DNA from: Narcine bancroftii
Lineage: Eukaryota
DNA: 34,285 bases
Direction of reading: 5' to 3'
NCBI RefSeq assembly: GCF_036971445.1
Contig: NC_091477.1
Coordinates: 113,737,716 to 113,772,000, forward strand
Positions within the stretch are counted from its first letter, which is position 1; each line of letters starts with the position of its first letter. The notes under the pieces are model-generated. The model was not told the origin of the DNA and did not search any database. It saw only the letters and a program-made list of their open reading frames with translations. Positions 9,846 through 22,164 of this stretch are shown here, piece after piece. Made by a program: the position numbers and the translations under genes.

Positions 9846-10964
9846 CGTCCTTGTAAAAGTGAGACTCATCAACTACAGTCACTTGATATCAAGCTGCTTT
9901 AGAGCTACAGTATCATAACCGGTTCACTTCCAAGGTGTTAATCGGACCCTATCCTGATCAGTGGAGGGTACTGGCAGGATGGAGTGCTGGGTTGATTGGT
10001 CAGATGGTGATTACATTCTTACTTTCTTTTTAAAATATTTTCATTGAGTTTAACAAAAAACCCTTTACACAAGATATATGAATGATAACGTAAATCAAGT
10101 CATATCATATAAATATCACATATTAATTGTAAATTAGAAGCATTAACCATAATTATTACATGACTTTTCATTCAGGACATCAACTTCTAATAATTAAACA
10201 ATTAATTCATAACTCGTACTATATTCAAAAATAATATTGAATACAAAAATTATTCAAATAATACATGTAAAATTCCTGTAATATATTTTGTATTTCTCTG
10301 AAATGATCATGTTGTTCTGTGATATGATCTGCAATCTGTAGTTAAAATCCACCTTTAACATTCTGCCATTTTTGAAATCCAACCTTTTGATGAAATATAA
10401 TGAAAATATACCCCCCCCCCCCACCATCCTCAGAAACTAACATTTAATTGTTTTCACCTTATAAACACTTTATATTGTGGCTTCATTCAGTTGCATCAGC
10501 AGAAATTACATTCTTGTTTTGTAATTGCAAGGGCAGCTTCAGTCTCCCGAGGGGCATTTTTCCCTCTTCAGCTTTCACTGAGTTCAGCAAGGTGAAAGGA
10601 AAAAAGCTGTGACTGATATGTGGAGTGAGAGCACACGCAGGCTCAATGAAACTCTCTCTAACATCATGTTGATGCCTTGCATGACCAGCTACTTGCTTCC
10701 CTACCACTGCCAGTTTCCAACCCACCCCCAAGCCCCTCCAACCTTGTGAGCTGGAGTTCATCCACTAAATAAGCAGTGCATTTGCTATCAAAGTTTGAAA
10801 GGATTGTTTTGGCCTCAATTTGCCACTCGCAGGCACAATTTCTGCTGCTCTGAATTAGTTCCAAGCCATTAGAAGAAGTAATGAAAACCTTGTAATCACA
10901 CCTTTTAGCATCTTCCTTCTTCCTCAATGCAACTTCAGTGTGAACAAAGGCAGCGCAACAACTA

Positions 10965-11110
10965 TGGGGCGGCACAGTTAGAGTAATGCTCTTACAGCGC
11001 CAGTGTTCCAGGTTCGAATCTGGCGCTGTCTGTAAGGAGTTTGTATGTTCTCCCTGTGTCTGTGAGGGTTCCCTTCCACCCTTGTAATCGTACGGGTGGC
11101 CATTCCAAAA
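10965..11110 (+). mobile_element. HE1/V-SINE-like SINE
   Basis: ggggcggcacagttag..ggttcgaatc B box..ggagtttgtatgttctccctgtgtctg. Confidence 0.8.
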
Positions 11111-11130
11111 GGAGGACATGATCATAGGTT

Positions 11131-11131
<1 letters not shown>

Positions 11132-11194
<63 letters not shown>
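11132..11194. repeat. (CT)n microsatellite
   Basis: About 31 CT units. Confidence 0.97.
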
Positions 11195-11200
<6 letters not shown>

Positions 11201-11289
11201 AACTACATACACACCCACACAGTGAGTTTGCATTTGTTGTTGCAATACAGTTTAAATTTTATAAGAAAAATCATTTTCTTTAAACACAC

Positions 11290-11320
<31 letters not shown>

Positions 11321-11356
11321 CTATCTATCTATATATATATATATATATATATATAT
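11290..11356. repeat. Compound (TG)n-(TATC)n-(TA)n microsatellite
   Basis: Directly visible. Confidence 0.95.
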
Positions 11357-12314
11357 GACCATGTCCTCCTTTTTGGAAATGGCCACCCTAGTTGTGGGTC
11401 ATTTGGGTGGCATGGCTTTGTGCAGGAAGGGCCTGTTACTGTACTGTATGTATGTCTTGTCTAAATTCAAAACAGCTTGGGAAATAGATTGCTGGTTGAT
11501 TGGTGTCATTGGATGACCACTCACTTGTAGTGAATCCTATTTAAAAAAAAAAATCCCATTTGTTATAATTATCAATTTATTAAAAATATAGAAAAAAATT
11601 CCTCAGAGAGCAATGCACTAGAATCACAAATTTATTTTTGATTTTGATGGAATACAGGGCACATAATTCATGAAACATTATTACAGACTGGTGGAAAAAA
11701 ACATTTCAGTGATGAATGGGACAGAATGGAAATAATTTTCAGTTTTCATGGAGGGGGATGATGTAGTGAGACTATCATTTAGCGGCTAATGGAAAAGCTT
11801 CTCGTTGACTGTTGTTCTTTACACTGCAGAGGATGATTTGGATTTTATTGTAACGTCTGGCATTTTTTTTTCCACTGTAATCGAAATGTGCACTTTCTGT
11901 GGAACCGACATTATAAATGTCCTGCCAAAGGTCATGTGCAGATGGAAGGATTTTTCTGCCTCCAATCAAAACAGGTTGCGAGCATATTGCTGGTTCTTTG
12001 ATTAGGTCAGTGCCACGTAGTGAGGGGATTAGACAGTGGTGCTGTGATCGAACAAATCCTTCCAGAGGTACAGATTTGTAACTTAAAGGTGTTTTACAGC
12101 TTTAAGATTGTGATAGGACTGATGCGGAGCACTCTCCATTTTAACCCTGTGCTGACCTGGTTAAAGAGCTGGGAGCTGCAGAGCTGATATTCTTCAATTT
12201 CTGTCTTGATATTCTGTCCTGGTAAATGGCCAAAACTGGCAGCACTCTATGTGGAAATGAACCTGTTCATTAACACTTTGGACTCCAGCCATTTTTAACC
12301 TTTCATAATATATT

Positions 12315-12610
12315 ACTCCGGACTGGGTCCATGGGTAAATTGTGGTACAAACACTGCTATGAACCATCTGGAGGTAGGGTACAAAACCAGTCCCAGAAAA
12401 TGGGGCACAGAGTATGTGCTTGCTTGTGGTCCCTGAAAACAGGGACTCAGAGTCTAATGTCTTGTCTATCTGTGGTTTTAACAAAGTCTCATCTCACTTC
12501 TCAACCACTTTCCCGCCTCTCAAACTGTAAACCTGGTATGAACCATCTGATGGTTGGGTATAAAACCAGACCTAGAAAACATGGGCATGGAGTACGTATA
12601 TGGGACATGG
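12315..12610 (+). repeat. Unclassified interspersed repeat, copy 2 plus partial tandem unit
   Basis: Matches 9265-9530(-); tatgaaccatctg..gggta.aaaaccag..c.agaaaa repeats at ~12358 and ~12537. Confidence 0.8.
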
Positions 12611-13164
12611 AGTCCAAAGGGTTAAATGCAAGTCAGTGGATTGGACCAGGAAGGGAGACGCTAATTCTGACTCTACGTCTCAGTTGGACACACTAGATAT
12701 TGTCAACATCTTTTCCAAAAGTGTACTTTATTCATGAAGTATGATGTTCTCATTGTTCATTGCACCTTACGTACTTACAGGGTTTAAATTATGTAAATGG
12801 TAACACTTTTCAGTGCCAAACATTCCATTAAATATTTCAATGCAGGGCCCAGTCCCGCAATATTCATTACAGGGAGGATCATATCTACTGGCCTTCCCCG
12901 TGAAGGCTTTAACCCCTTTCACACTGGTACCTTGTCTTAGTAATTGGTAGCCAATCGACTGGAGGGTCCAGTGTGAAAGCTCCTTAATTGGCATGTAGGC
13001 GTCAAATCACCCTCAGGGATGATGCAACCTAAAAACAAGTGGTGGAGACTCTGGCCATGCATGTAGGGACTGGAGAGTGGTGGGGGGGGGGGGGGAGAGT
13101 GGGTGCAGGGGGGGTGAGTGTACTTCTCAACATTGGCCTGTTAAGGCTTGATGGCACTTCATCT

Positions 13165-13295
13165 TAGAACATAGAACCATAGAACAAGACAGCACAGGTC
13201 CTTCAGCCCACAGTGTTGTGCCAACAAATGGAAACCTAGTCCACAACAATCTAACTTTTCCCTACCTCACGCTCTTAACTTTGTATTTTTCCTAC
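13165..13295 (-). mobile_element. CR1-like LINE 3' tail
   Basis: (tagaacca)-type terminal repeats and acagcacaggtccttcagcccac; similar to 26692-26815. Confidence 0.6.
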
Positions 13296-13561
13296 AATTT
13301 TTTTTTTACAATTTACGTATTTTCTTGTCTTCACCAGATTCTGCTCGCTTTTCTGGAGTTGACATATTTCCCTCTGACTCTCACTTGTTTCCTGAACACC
13401 CTTGAGGATGAAGAACTTCTGTTTTTCTTGAATACTCCCCACTAATATAGGCTATTGGAACAAAATATTCTTGATCTGCATTGGAGAGCGGTTTCATGGC
13501 TTTCCAGCTTGTGTAATCCCCATTTTCTGCGATAAGCATTTTCAAGTTTGTGGTAAACCAC

Positions 13562-16500
13562 TGTTGTGCCATGATTGGCTACTGCTGGCTTGATCCTCCT
13601 CCTGAGACTAATCCTACCCATAGCCCCTTACATGTTCCCCTTTCTCTTTGCTTCGATTGGTCAATGAGGTTGATGGTTGTTCCATTCTTTAGTTAATAAA
13701 AGCCTGACAGTTTCACAATATCGGCCTTTTATGATTATTGATGATCCATCAATTTTATTAACTAAATTTTTAAAAAAAGCACGGAACAGTACCTGAAACC
13801 TAAGACATCAACCCCCGAGTTGCCAGACGCCACGAGCACGGTCGAACTTTGGCTATGCTGCTTTGACAGTTTCTTGCTGGTGGACAAGAACGCTATCACC
13901 ATGGATGCTAACTGACTGAGATGACTCCAGTCGCATGTTGGGCCCCAAATGTTCCTATTGATCAGCGATACCAATCAGCTATGGAGACCCTCAAGGCCCA
14001 AGCCCGGTATCGCAGGAAAGTTAATGAAGTCTATACCACAGCACCCTTCGGATCCTGTGTAGGGCATGACTGTAAGGCCAAGACAGCTGCCCAGAATGCA
14101 GAGGACCTCATCAGAGACATGTTATCTGGCTGGTATTTGCTCCAGGTACATACAGCAGTGGCTATTGGAACAAAATATTCTTGATCTGCAAAGGGCTGTT
14201 GAACTTATGGAGACTCTGGTGGTGTCCCTCCAGAACTCGGGTGACTTCTCTGCTGCTTGGTCGCTGCATGCACTGCTATCCTCAGACAGGGATTCATCCT
14301 GCCCCGTGAGTGACTGGCCGCCAACACCATCCCACCACGCTAATGATCTGACATCGGCCACCATTGCGCAAGATCTCTCGAAGTGATACTTTTGCAGGCA
14401 GGGTCAGCATCCAAGGAAATGCTGTCCTGCCAAGGATGCAGTGTGCTTCATGTGCCAGAAATGGGGACATTCAGCCAGAGTTTGCTAGTCAAAATCATCC
14501 GTGAGGTCTAGCATCTCACGTGCAGACAGTCGCCACTCTGGGCAGTGCAATCAGCACCATCTTCCCTGCCCTCCAGCGACACCATCTTCCTAGGCATATG
14601 ATACTTTGAGGGGTCGAGGCCGGTTGTCTTGGGGTCAAGGGCAGCCATCTCGAGTGCAGGAGCACCCATCAGACTCAGACAATGGATCCATACTGGCCTC
14701 CATCACTTTGAACCAGGAGGTCCTGCATGAACGTGAGGTCCATGATGGACATCCAGGTAAATGGGTGCAATATCAACTACTTATTCGATAGTGGGAGTAC
14801 AGAAAACTTTATCCACCTGATACCGCTAAATGACTGACCCTTAAAGTATGGCCCACTAAGCACAGGATATCACTTGTGCCCAAATCATACATGGCAGCCA
14901 TCCTAGGGTCCCGTGTAGTGAGCCCCACTGTTGGAGGTGTAGTGTACAAATGGTTCTGACTGCTTGTTATGCTTCAGCTCTATGGCCCCTTGCTTCTGGG
15001 GCTGGATTTCCAGTGCCATCTTCAGAAAGTCACTCTACGATTTGATGCCCACCCCCACCATCTACTGTGAACTGTTCCTAGATGGCCCCCTGCAGGTGAT
15101 GTGTGGTCACTTGACCCTCAAGGTCGGTTGTTCCCCCTCCCCCGTACTGTTTGCCAACTTCTCCTCTGAGTGCAAGCTGGTAGCCACCACGAGTAGATGG
15201 AACTGTGTGGTTGACAGGGCATTTGTTAAGGTGGAGGTTCAGCGCTTATTGGGTGAGGGCATCACCGAGGCCAGTAATAGACCTTGAAGGGCTAGGTGGT
15301 TGTGAAGAATGGGGATAAGAATAAAATGGTCATAGACTACAGCCAGACCATCAACTGGTATACACAGCTAGATGCTTACACCCTTCCCTGCATATCTGAT
15401 ATGGTCAACCAGATTGCACAATATCGGGCATTATCCACAATTGACCTGAAGTTGGCATATCACCAGTTCCTGATCTGCCCAGAGGAGTGCCAGTATATGG
15501 CATTCGAGGTGCATGGTTAACTTCCCTTTCGGCAGCACAAACAGGGTCTCCATCTTCCAGCAGGAGATGGACCGCATGGTGGACTGCTACGATCTACAGG
15601 CCACCTTCCCATATCTTGATAACATTACCATCTGCTGCCATGACTTGCAGGATCATGATGCGAACCTCGGCAAGTTCCTTCGGGCAGCAAAATGCATAAA
15701 TTTCACTTGTAACGAGGATAAGTGTGTGTTCCAGACAGCAAGGCGAGCCATATTTGGCTGCATGGTCAAGAATGGTGCCATTGGCCCCAATCCAGACCGC
15801 ATGCATAAGCTGATGGAGATACCCCTCCCACATACCCTCAAAGCACTAAAGAGATGCCTTGGGTTCTTCTCATACTACTCTCCCAATGGGTCCCCAACTA
15901 TGCAGACATAATTCACCCAATGGTCAAAGCTACCACGTTTCCCCTGTCAGCAGAAACCCAAGCAGCCTAAAACAGTGTCAAAGATGACATCGGCAAGGCA
16001 ACCACACCTTTCCTGGTGGAGAGTGATGCGTCTGGCTGCCACGCTCAATCAAGTGGGTGGACCTGTAACATTTTTCTCACTAACCCTCCAAGGCCCTGAA
16101 ATTCACCATTTCTCTGTCGAAAAGGAGGCCCAGGCCATCGTGGATGCTGTACGCCACTGGAGGCATCATCTTGCAGGGAAACAGTTCACCATCCTCACAG
16201 GTCAGTGAGTGGTAGCATTCATGTTTAATAATAAACAGAGGGGCATAATCAAGAAAGATAAGATCCTCAGGTGGATAATTGAGCTGTCCACTTATAACTA
16301 CGACATCCTCTACTGGCCCGGCAACTTAACAAGTCCTTGGTCGCTCTTTCCTGAGGAACTTGTGGTCATGTTCAAATGGACAGACTGCAGGCTCTCCACA
16401 ATGACCTTGGCCACATTGGTTTTTCCATTTTATAAATCTAGAAATATACCATACTTTGTTGCAGATGTCTGGACTGTGACTAAAATCTGTCCGGTCTGTG

Positions 16501-16786
16501 CTTAATGTAAACCCCAATTCTACCAGCCAGAAAAGCACATCTAATAAATGCAACCCGTCCAGTTGAATACCTCAGCACTAATTTCAAGGGATCCCTCACC
16601 TCCTCCATCTTCCTTACCATCATCAATGAATACTCCCATTTCCCCTTAACCATGTCATGCCTGGCTATGACCACGGCCACAGTTATTAAAGCCCTCTTGA
16701 ATGTTTTCACGCTCTTTGGGTACTCTAGCTCCATCCACAATGACCGTGGTACATCATTCATGAGTGATGAGTTGCGGCAGTACCTG
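13562..16786 (+). mobile_element. Decayed Gypsy LTR retrotransposon (5' LTR, gag, PR, RT, RNase H, partial IN), 3'-truncated
   Basis: LTR ~13562-13751; zinc-knuckle remnant ~14435-14485; LFDSGSTENFI; MVIDYSQTIN; FPYLDNITI; EKEAQAIV; IHNDRGTSFMS; ends at a SINE. Confidence 0.93.
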
Positions 16787-16975
16787 GGGCAGAACGTTCT
16801 AGGTGTTATAGCAACTTGGGTTCGAATCCAGCACAGTATGTTCTTCCCGTGTCCGCGTGGGTTTTCTCCGGGTGTTCTGGTTTCCTCCCACTTTTCAAAA
16901 TGTATAGGGGTTGTAGGTCAATTGGGTGTAATTGGGTGGCACGGGACAGATACAGTGCTGTATGTCTAAACAAAA
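16787..16975 (+). mobile_element. HE1/V-SINE-like SINE
   Basis: gggttcgaatcc B box, tatgttcttcccgtgtccgcgtgggttttctccgggtg, tail gtgctgtatgtctaaa. Confidence 0.8.
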
Positions 16976-17729
16976 GTTAAAACAGCTGCAAGGAGGTGAT
17001 CACTACCAGCCCCTTCATAATTGTGAAGTTCCCTCCCCCTCAGGTTAGAAGAATGGCAAGTATTGCCTGTGGACCACATTGATTCCCCATGGGACCACTA
17101 TTTCAACCACTGCTGCTGGTTGCTAAGGCCCCTGCAGAACAACCAGTTGGTCTGGATCTGGACGAGGTATCCCAAGGTTCCAACACATTGCACAATGCTT
17201 TACACGACATGCAGGTTACCCTACTGTCTTTAAACCCATTGTGTTGCCCATTATGGTTGTAATGTAACTTTACAACACTAAATTGAATGGCTCTGGCTAC
17301 TATATTCACCTGGCTTGCCTGATACAATTGTACTTGTGCCAGGTTGCTGTATGGGGCAGAGACGACTGACCTCCTCACGTTGGTTACAGCGCTCGCTCTC
17401 CTTGCAATATTGTCCCCTACTTGCAGTTTCTGTAGATAATTACACTACGGGAAGTTTCTATGTTCCACACCTGCATCATCCTGCATGGACCAGGTTTCCC
17501 AGGCCTTTGTCCAATTGCAAAGCTGGCAGACAGGTGAATGGTGACATTCCTTCCACCTGCTGTCCCTGCTGTTTCCTTGCCTTGATCCCAAGTAAATGAT
17601 TAATGTTGATAAGGTTTCTCGCTCTCTTGCCGTGTCGGGAAAGGAAATTTGGGATATCCCCGAGTTGAATGGCAGGAAACAGGGGTTGGGGGAAGGTGAG
17701 GGGGGCGTTAGATAAGTGGGGGAAGGGTA

Positions 17730-17949
17730 CAGTAAAACCCCCGGTAACTGGCACCTACAGGGGAATGGTAGATGCTAGATAAACGAGTTTCCTGGTTGCT
17801 TGAGACTGTACATTGTGTGAATGGAGAACTAACGGTGAGGTCCACCAATTTTAAACCCATACTTTTTACCCATTTATTTTCCATGACTTTTTTTGTTGGT
17901 TACTTGAGGTTGCGGGTCGCTTGAATGCTGGATAACAGGGATTTTACTA
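17730..17949. mobile_element. Tc1/mariner (Tigger/pogo-like) MITE
   Basis: ta|CAGTAAAACCCC...GGGATTTTACTA termini; family copies at 20830 and 32762. Confidence 0.8.
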
Positions 17950-19074
17950 TTCTCCTTTCCTGGGTGATCCCGTAGGCAGGAAGGTTCGGTGCTTTTGAAT
18001 CCATAGCAATCAACATTTTTTTTGTTGGGTGTTTAGAGGCATTCGCCTTTTCCCAGTACACTTCTTAACTTTCAATTCTATTGATCACTTGCACTCATTT
18101 CCCTCTCCTAATCTTTTGTCCCAAATCAACGGTGAGAGAATCTGAATTCCTGTTCTACATTTTTGGCTCTGGCCTACAGTAGGACGAGAACCTACAACCT
18201 TTTGAACTGGAAGTACTTGCAAGTTAGTGGACTCAAACAAAGGTCTCCCACCGATTGAAGTCCTTCGCCGATGAAAAAGCATTATACAGTTTGCTAGCAG
18301 CTGATGATGAAAAGGCATTGGGTTGGAACAGGAAGGCAGCAGATAGACAAGGAGACCTGGCCCAATTTGAAATCCTCCTCCTGTCTAAACTCCCCATGAA
18401 ACATTAACATTGAGCCCGGAGAGCCGACACAGCGAAGAAACAAAGAATCAATATGGAAGGAGTGAACACTGTGAGAAACATATTAAAGTCAGACACAAAT
18501 TTGTTTTCCAGTGCCTGAAGCCAGTTACCAAGTGAAAATTGCCAACCATGATTTACCTTTTCATTTGAAGTGGTTGTTGGGTGACTTGCATCACTGGGTT
18601 CTCAAAATATATTTTCTCTGATCGTCTGATTTACAAGCGGCACACAATCAAGTTGTGTCAGCAGCGTCGCTGTGTATGCTAATCTATAGCCACATTGTTA
18701 AGGTGATTTTAGAGAGAAATAAAAGCACATTATTAAACAAATTTATCTACCTAATGTTCAGTGTGTTCGTCAGAGACATCCTTCCTTGTCTTGGTCTGTC
18801 ATGATCCACCAGGACTTGTTCTGATTACAAATTCCACAAGACCAATGTTCTGCTCTCATGGATCAGTGTTTGTCAAACTTGATCTGACTGTCAACAGTTG
18901 CAATGAGCTCTGTCCTCTATCTCGTGTCGAAACGTGTGCAAGGGTGCACCAGTCCTCCAGTCCCCTTCTGAAAACGAGTAGCCGATTACAAATGGTGAAT
19001 TTACATTCACTGAGCCAGTCAGAGCCCTGTCCAAGGTGTTTTCAAGTAGGTTGAGTTCAAATTCCTCTGCACCG

Positions 19075-19665
19075 GAAATGCTGGGCACAGACTGGAGGAT
19101 CGCTTTGTTGAGCAACGCTGCTCCGTCTACCTCGATATTGTGGATCTTTCAGTGGCTGCCCCCATTTCAATTTCCCGTCCCATTCGCTTGCTGACGTGTC
19201 TGTCCATAGCCTCATGCACTGCCAGGCTGAGACCACCTGCAGATTGGAGGAACAACACCTCATCTTCCACCGAGGTACCCTCCAACCAGATGGCATTAAC
19301 ATTCTCCAGTTTCTGTTTAACCCCCCCCCTTTTCTTCCCCATTTCCTTTCAGCTAGTTCTCTCTCTCTTTCACTCACTCTCTCTTCCCTTTCCAACTGTT
19401 CCTTTTCACAGAGCATAAATCTTTTCTTATCATATCCTATTGATATATTTTGTCTGGATTCCTCTATCTCCCATTCTTCCACCTTTCACTCCTACTCTTT
19501 AATTCAGACACCTGCCTGCCCTTTGCTTATACTTTGATGAAGGGCTCAAGCCCAAAATGTCAGTAATATATCTTTACCTCCTGTGGATGCTATGTGACCT
19601 ACTGAGTTCCTCCAGCATTTCTGTGTCTTTATTAAAATCACAGCACTTGCAGACTTTTGTGTTTC
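19075..19665 (+). mobile_element. Penelope-like element 3' end (GIY-YIG C-terminus + pLTR)
   Basis: RLEDRFVEQ..DLSVA..HFN..H..MSVHSLMHCQAETTCRLEEQHLIFHRGTLQPDGINI; pyrimidine-rich spacer; TTGATGAAGGGC-TCAA-GCCCAAAATGTC at 19534-19561. Confidence 0.9.
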
Positions 19666-20829
19666 CCCAAGGTAAAACCAGGTTGCATGTGCATTGCTTC
19701 TTTACAATTTATTATATCTGATTAACAAGCCATTGGAAGAAATGTTGGTTAGTGGATGTTCGGGAATTTATTGGTGGAAGAAGTTTAGAAATCCAGGGGC
19801 AATGTCTAGGTTTTTGAAGGTGGGACAACAGATTACAGGAATGCACGAAGGTTAGAATCTGGAGAGAAGCACCAGGAAGACAATGGGGTGAGGACGAGCT
19901 TTCAAGGAAAGATGAAATTATTTTGCTCAAGCCATCCTTAGATCTGGTGCCAAAGCTTGTCAGAGCACACGGGGTTAATAAGTGAGCCGAATGGATTGGG
20001 ACAACTGAATTTCAGAGAACATTCATTTGAAGCATGGTACACCAGCCAGGAAACCATAGGAATAATCGGATCTGGGGTTGATGAAGGCAGAGGTGAACAG
20101 TGGCAGGCTGAGTGGCAAGAAGGATATGGTGTCAGAAATTCAGCTTTGACTCCTATAATGTGCCAATGTTGTGAACAAATTGGTTCCAATCACGACAGCC
20201 TTTTGGGGAGGATGGATGTAATACTGATGAGGATTCAATGCCTCTCCATGGAAACTGCTTCAAATACATGCTTGAATGTGGCTCTAATATTGAAAGTCCA
20301 AAGGTTCTCAGGGTACTCGTCAAAAAAAGCTAGATAAAGAGATATTAGAACAGATATTAAATTCTTCAGTATTATACTATCACTTTGTATACATAGTGAT
20401 CTGAAGTTGTAGACATTTTAATGAAGGATATGTTCTATGTTCATCGATGCCTTTGAAAGCTGGGAATTCTGGTGTGTAAACAAGCAGTAAAATCATCCAC
20501 GCATTTAATCTTTGCTACTGATGACTTAGCAGCATAAGTCAATGTCATGGAGACCCGCATGAGCAATTTATCTATCTGTGACCTCCGGTTGCATAATTCA
20601 GCCAAAAAACCACTACCTAACAGAAATTTGTAAGGGCCACATTAATGTCATCTCCCAGTAAAATTTCAACACCCATTTCTGTTCACTGTTTGGTTTCAAA
20701 TTTGAGACTTGGAAATCTCTTTCCCCTAACATTTTATATGAGACACCACCTTTTGAGAAGAGGGTCTATAAGGGATGACTTTTTTAGACACACATTGCTT
20801 TTGTCACTTAAGAATGCTCAATTTAAATA

Positions 20830-21020
20830 CAGTAAAACTCCAGCATCCGAAATTCAATCAATTAGCAAAATAAATAGGTAAAAGAATACTGAAGTTTAAA
20901 ATTGGCGCACCTCACCATTAGTTCACTAATCCATTCACCACAGAATCTCAAGCAACTGGAAAATTCACTTATCCAGCATCTACCAAACCCCATCGGTCCT
21001 GAATACCAGAAGTTTTATTG
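20830..21020. mobile_element. Tigger-like MITE (opposite orientation to 17730)
   Basis: ta|CAGTAAAACT...AGTTTTATTG|ta; TA TSD. Confidence 0.8.
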
Positions 21021-21970
21021 TAATAGGCTGAATGCATCTGCTGCAGATGGATGATTATAAATCCATTGGTTGTTAATGTTCATATCCCGATTGGCCTCAA
21101 GGATTATGGGAATCTATGTCATAATCGTGATCTGAACCCCAACTGTCAACTGCACCTTTGTCTGACCCACTAAGATCCACCAGCGGCTTGTTTCTTTGCT
21201 CCATATTCCAAAATCTGCAGGATGTTGCACTCTTTGCATTGACTCCTGTAATGTCTCCACCAACAGATGGGCTTGTATCTCTCGACCTTCACTTCATGAT
21301 GCTGCCAGAAGGCTTTTAGAACTTACAGTTATTGTCACCCGTCTTGGATATTTCCAAACTGGTGTCACATCTGTCTCTTCGGTCTCATGGCACCGCAAAG
21401 AGCAGATTTGTACCTGGTGCCAATTCTGTCGAAAACAATAAAAAAACCCCACAGATTATTTGTCTTGACTTCATTGTTACTTGTAGGGGTTTTCTGCGTT
21501 ACAACGGTGACTGCACTTCAATTGGCTGAAAAAAACATTTTTTTGGCTGTGCTGTGTCTTAGGTCATCCATTTAAAGATGTTTTCTTTTATCTAGTTTCA
21601 GAGAACAATTCCCACGACTCTTTTTCTATGGTGTGGGCGGGCATGAAACCAAATAGCTCAAACTGACAAGCAAGTCTATCCTCCAAATTAAGCTGTGATA
21701 ATAACCATCCAAAGGACATGCAAGCATTAATATTTCAGTGTAGATTGGCTTGTTTATTTCATTTAGTTAAAGCAAGACAGCTTTTCTGGGTTGAAAGCTG
21801 GTGGGTTTCTTTGTCAGTTAAAGGATGTTCATTTTAATTAATAATTTGAATGCATGTGCTGTAGGTGGATAATTGCAGCTTCGTTACTTGTGAATGTTTA
21901 TTTCCTGCTCGCTCTTTACACACGTAACTAGGTCGCAAGGAGACTATTGCTTAATCAATTTAGGTGTCTG

Positions 21971-22164
21971 TGTAGTGTGAATAAAAGCTCTCACGAATGG
22001 AAGGAGAACATGCTCTTTTATTAGCTTATAACTGAAGGTAGGGTCTTACAGTGGTCTTCAGAAGGACTCAGGGTTTAGGCAGGAAACCAGAGTTATATAT
22101 GGGTAGATGGGGGCGGAGCCGACCATCAGTATAACACACCACCAGTCAATCTCAGTTCACTGCA
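21971..22164 (-). repeat. 3' LTR
   Basis: TGCAGTGAAC...CACACTACA; direct repeat of 24884-25075. Confidence 0.93.

Noticed and set aside
9852-10015. Solo LTR (tgtaa...ttaca)
   Set aside because: No convincing TSD or second copy
10965-11040. tRNA gene
   Set aside because: B box belongs to a SINE head; no cloverleaf
10664-11516. Long ORFs with ER/SL/YI repeats
   Set aside because: Artefacts of microsatellites and a SINE
18745-18970. Minus-strand coding exon
   Set aside because: Splice-like ends but stops in all three frames
21320-21445. Minus-strand exon with good acceptor and gtaagt donor
   Set aside because: Translation unrecognised; insufficient support
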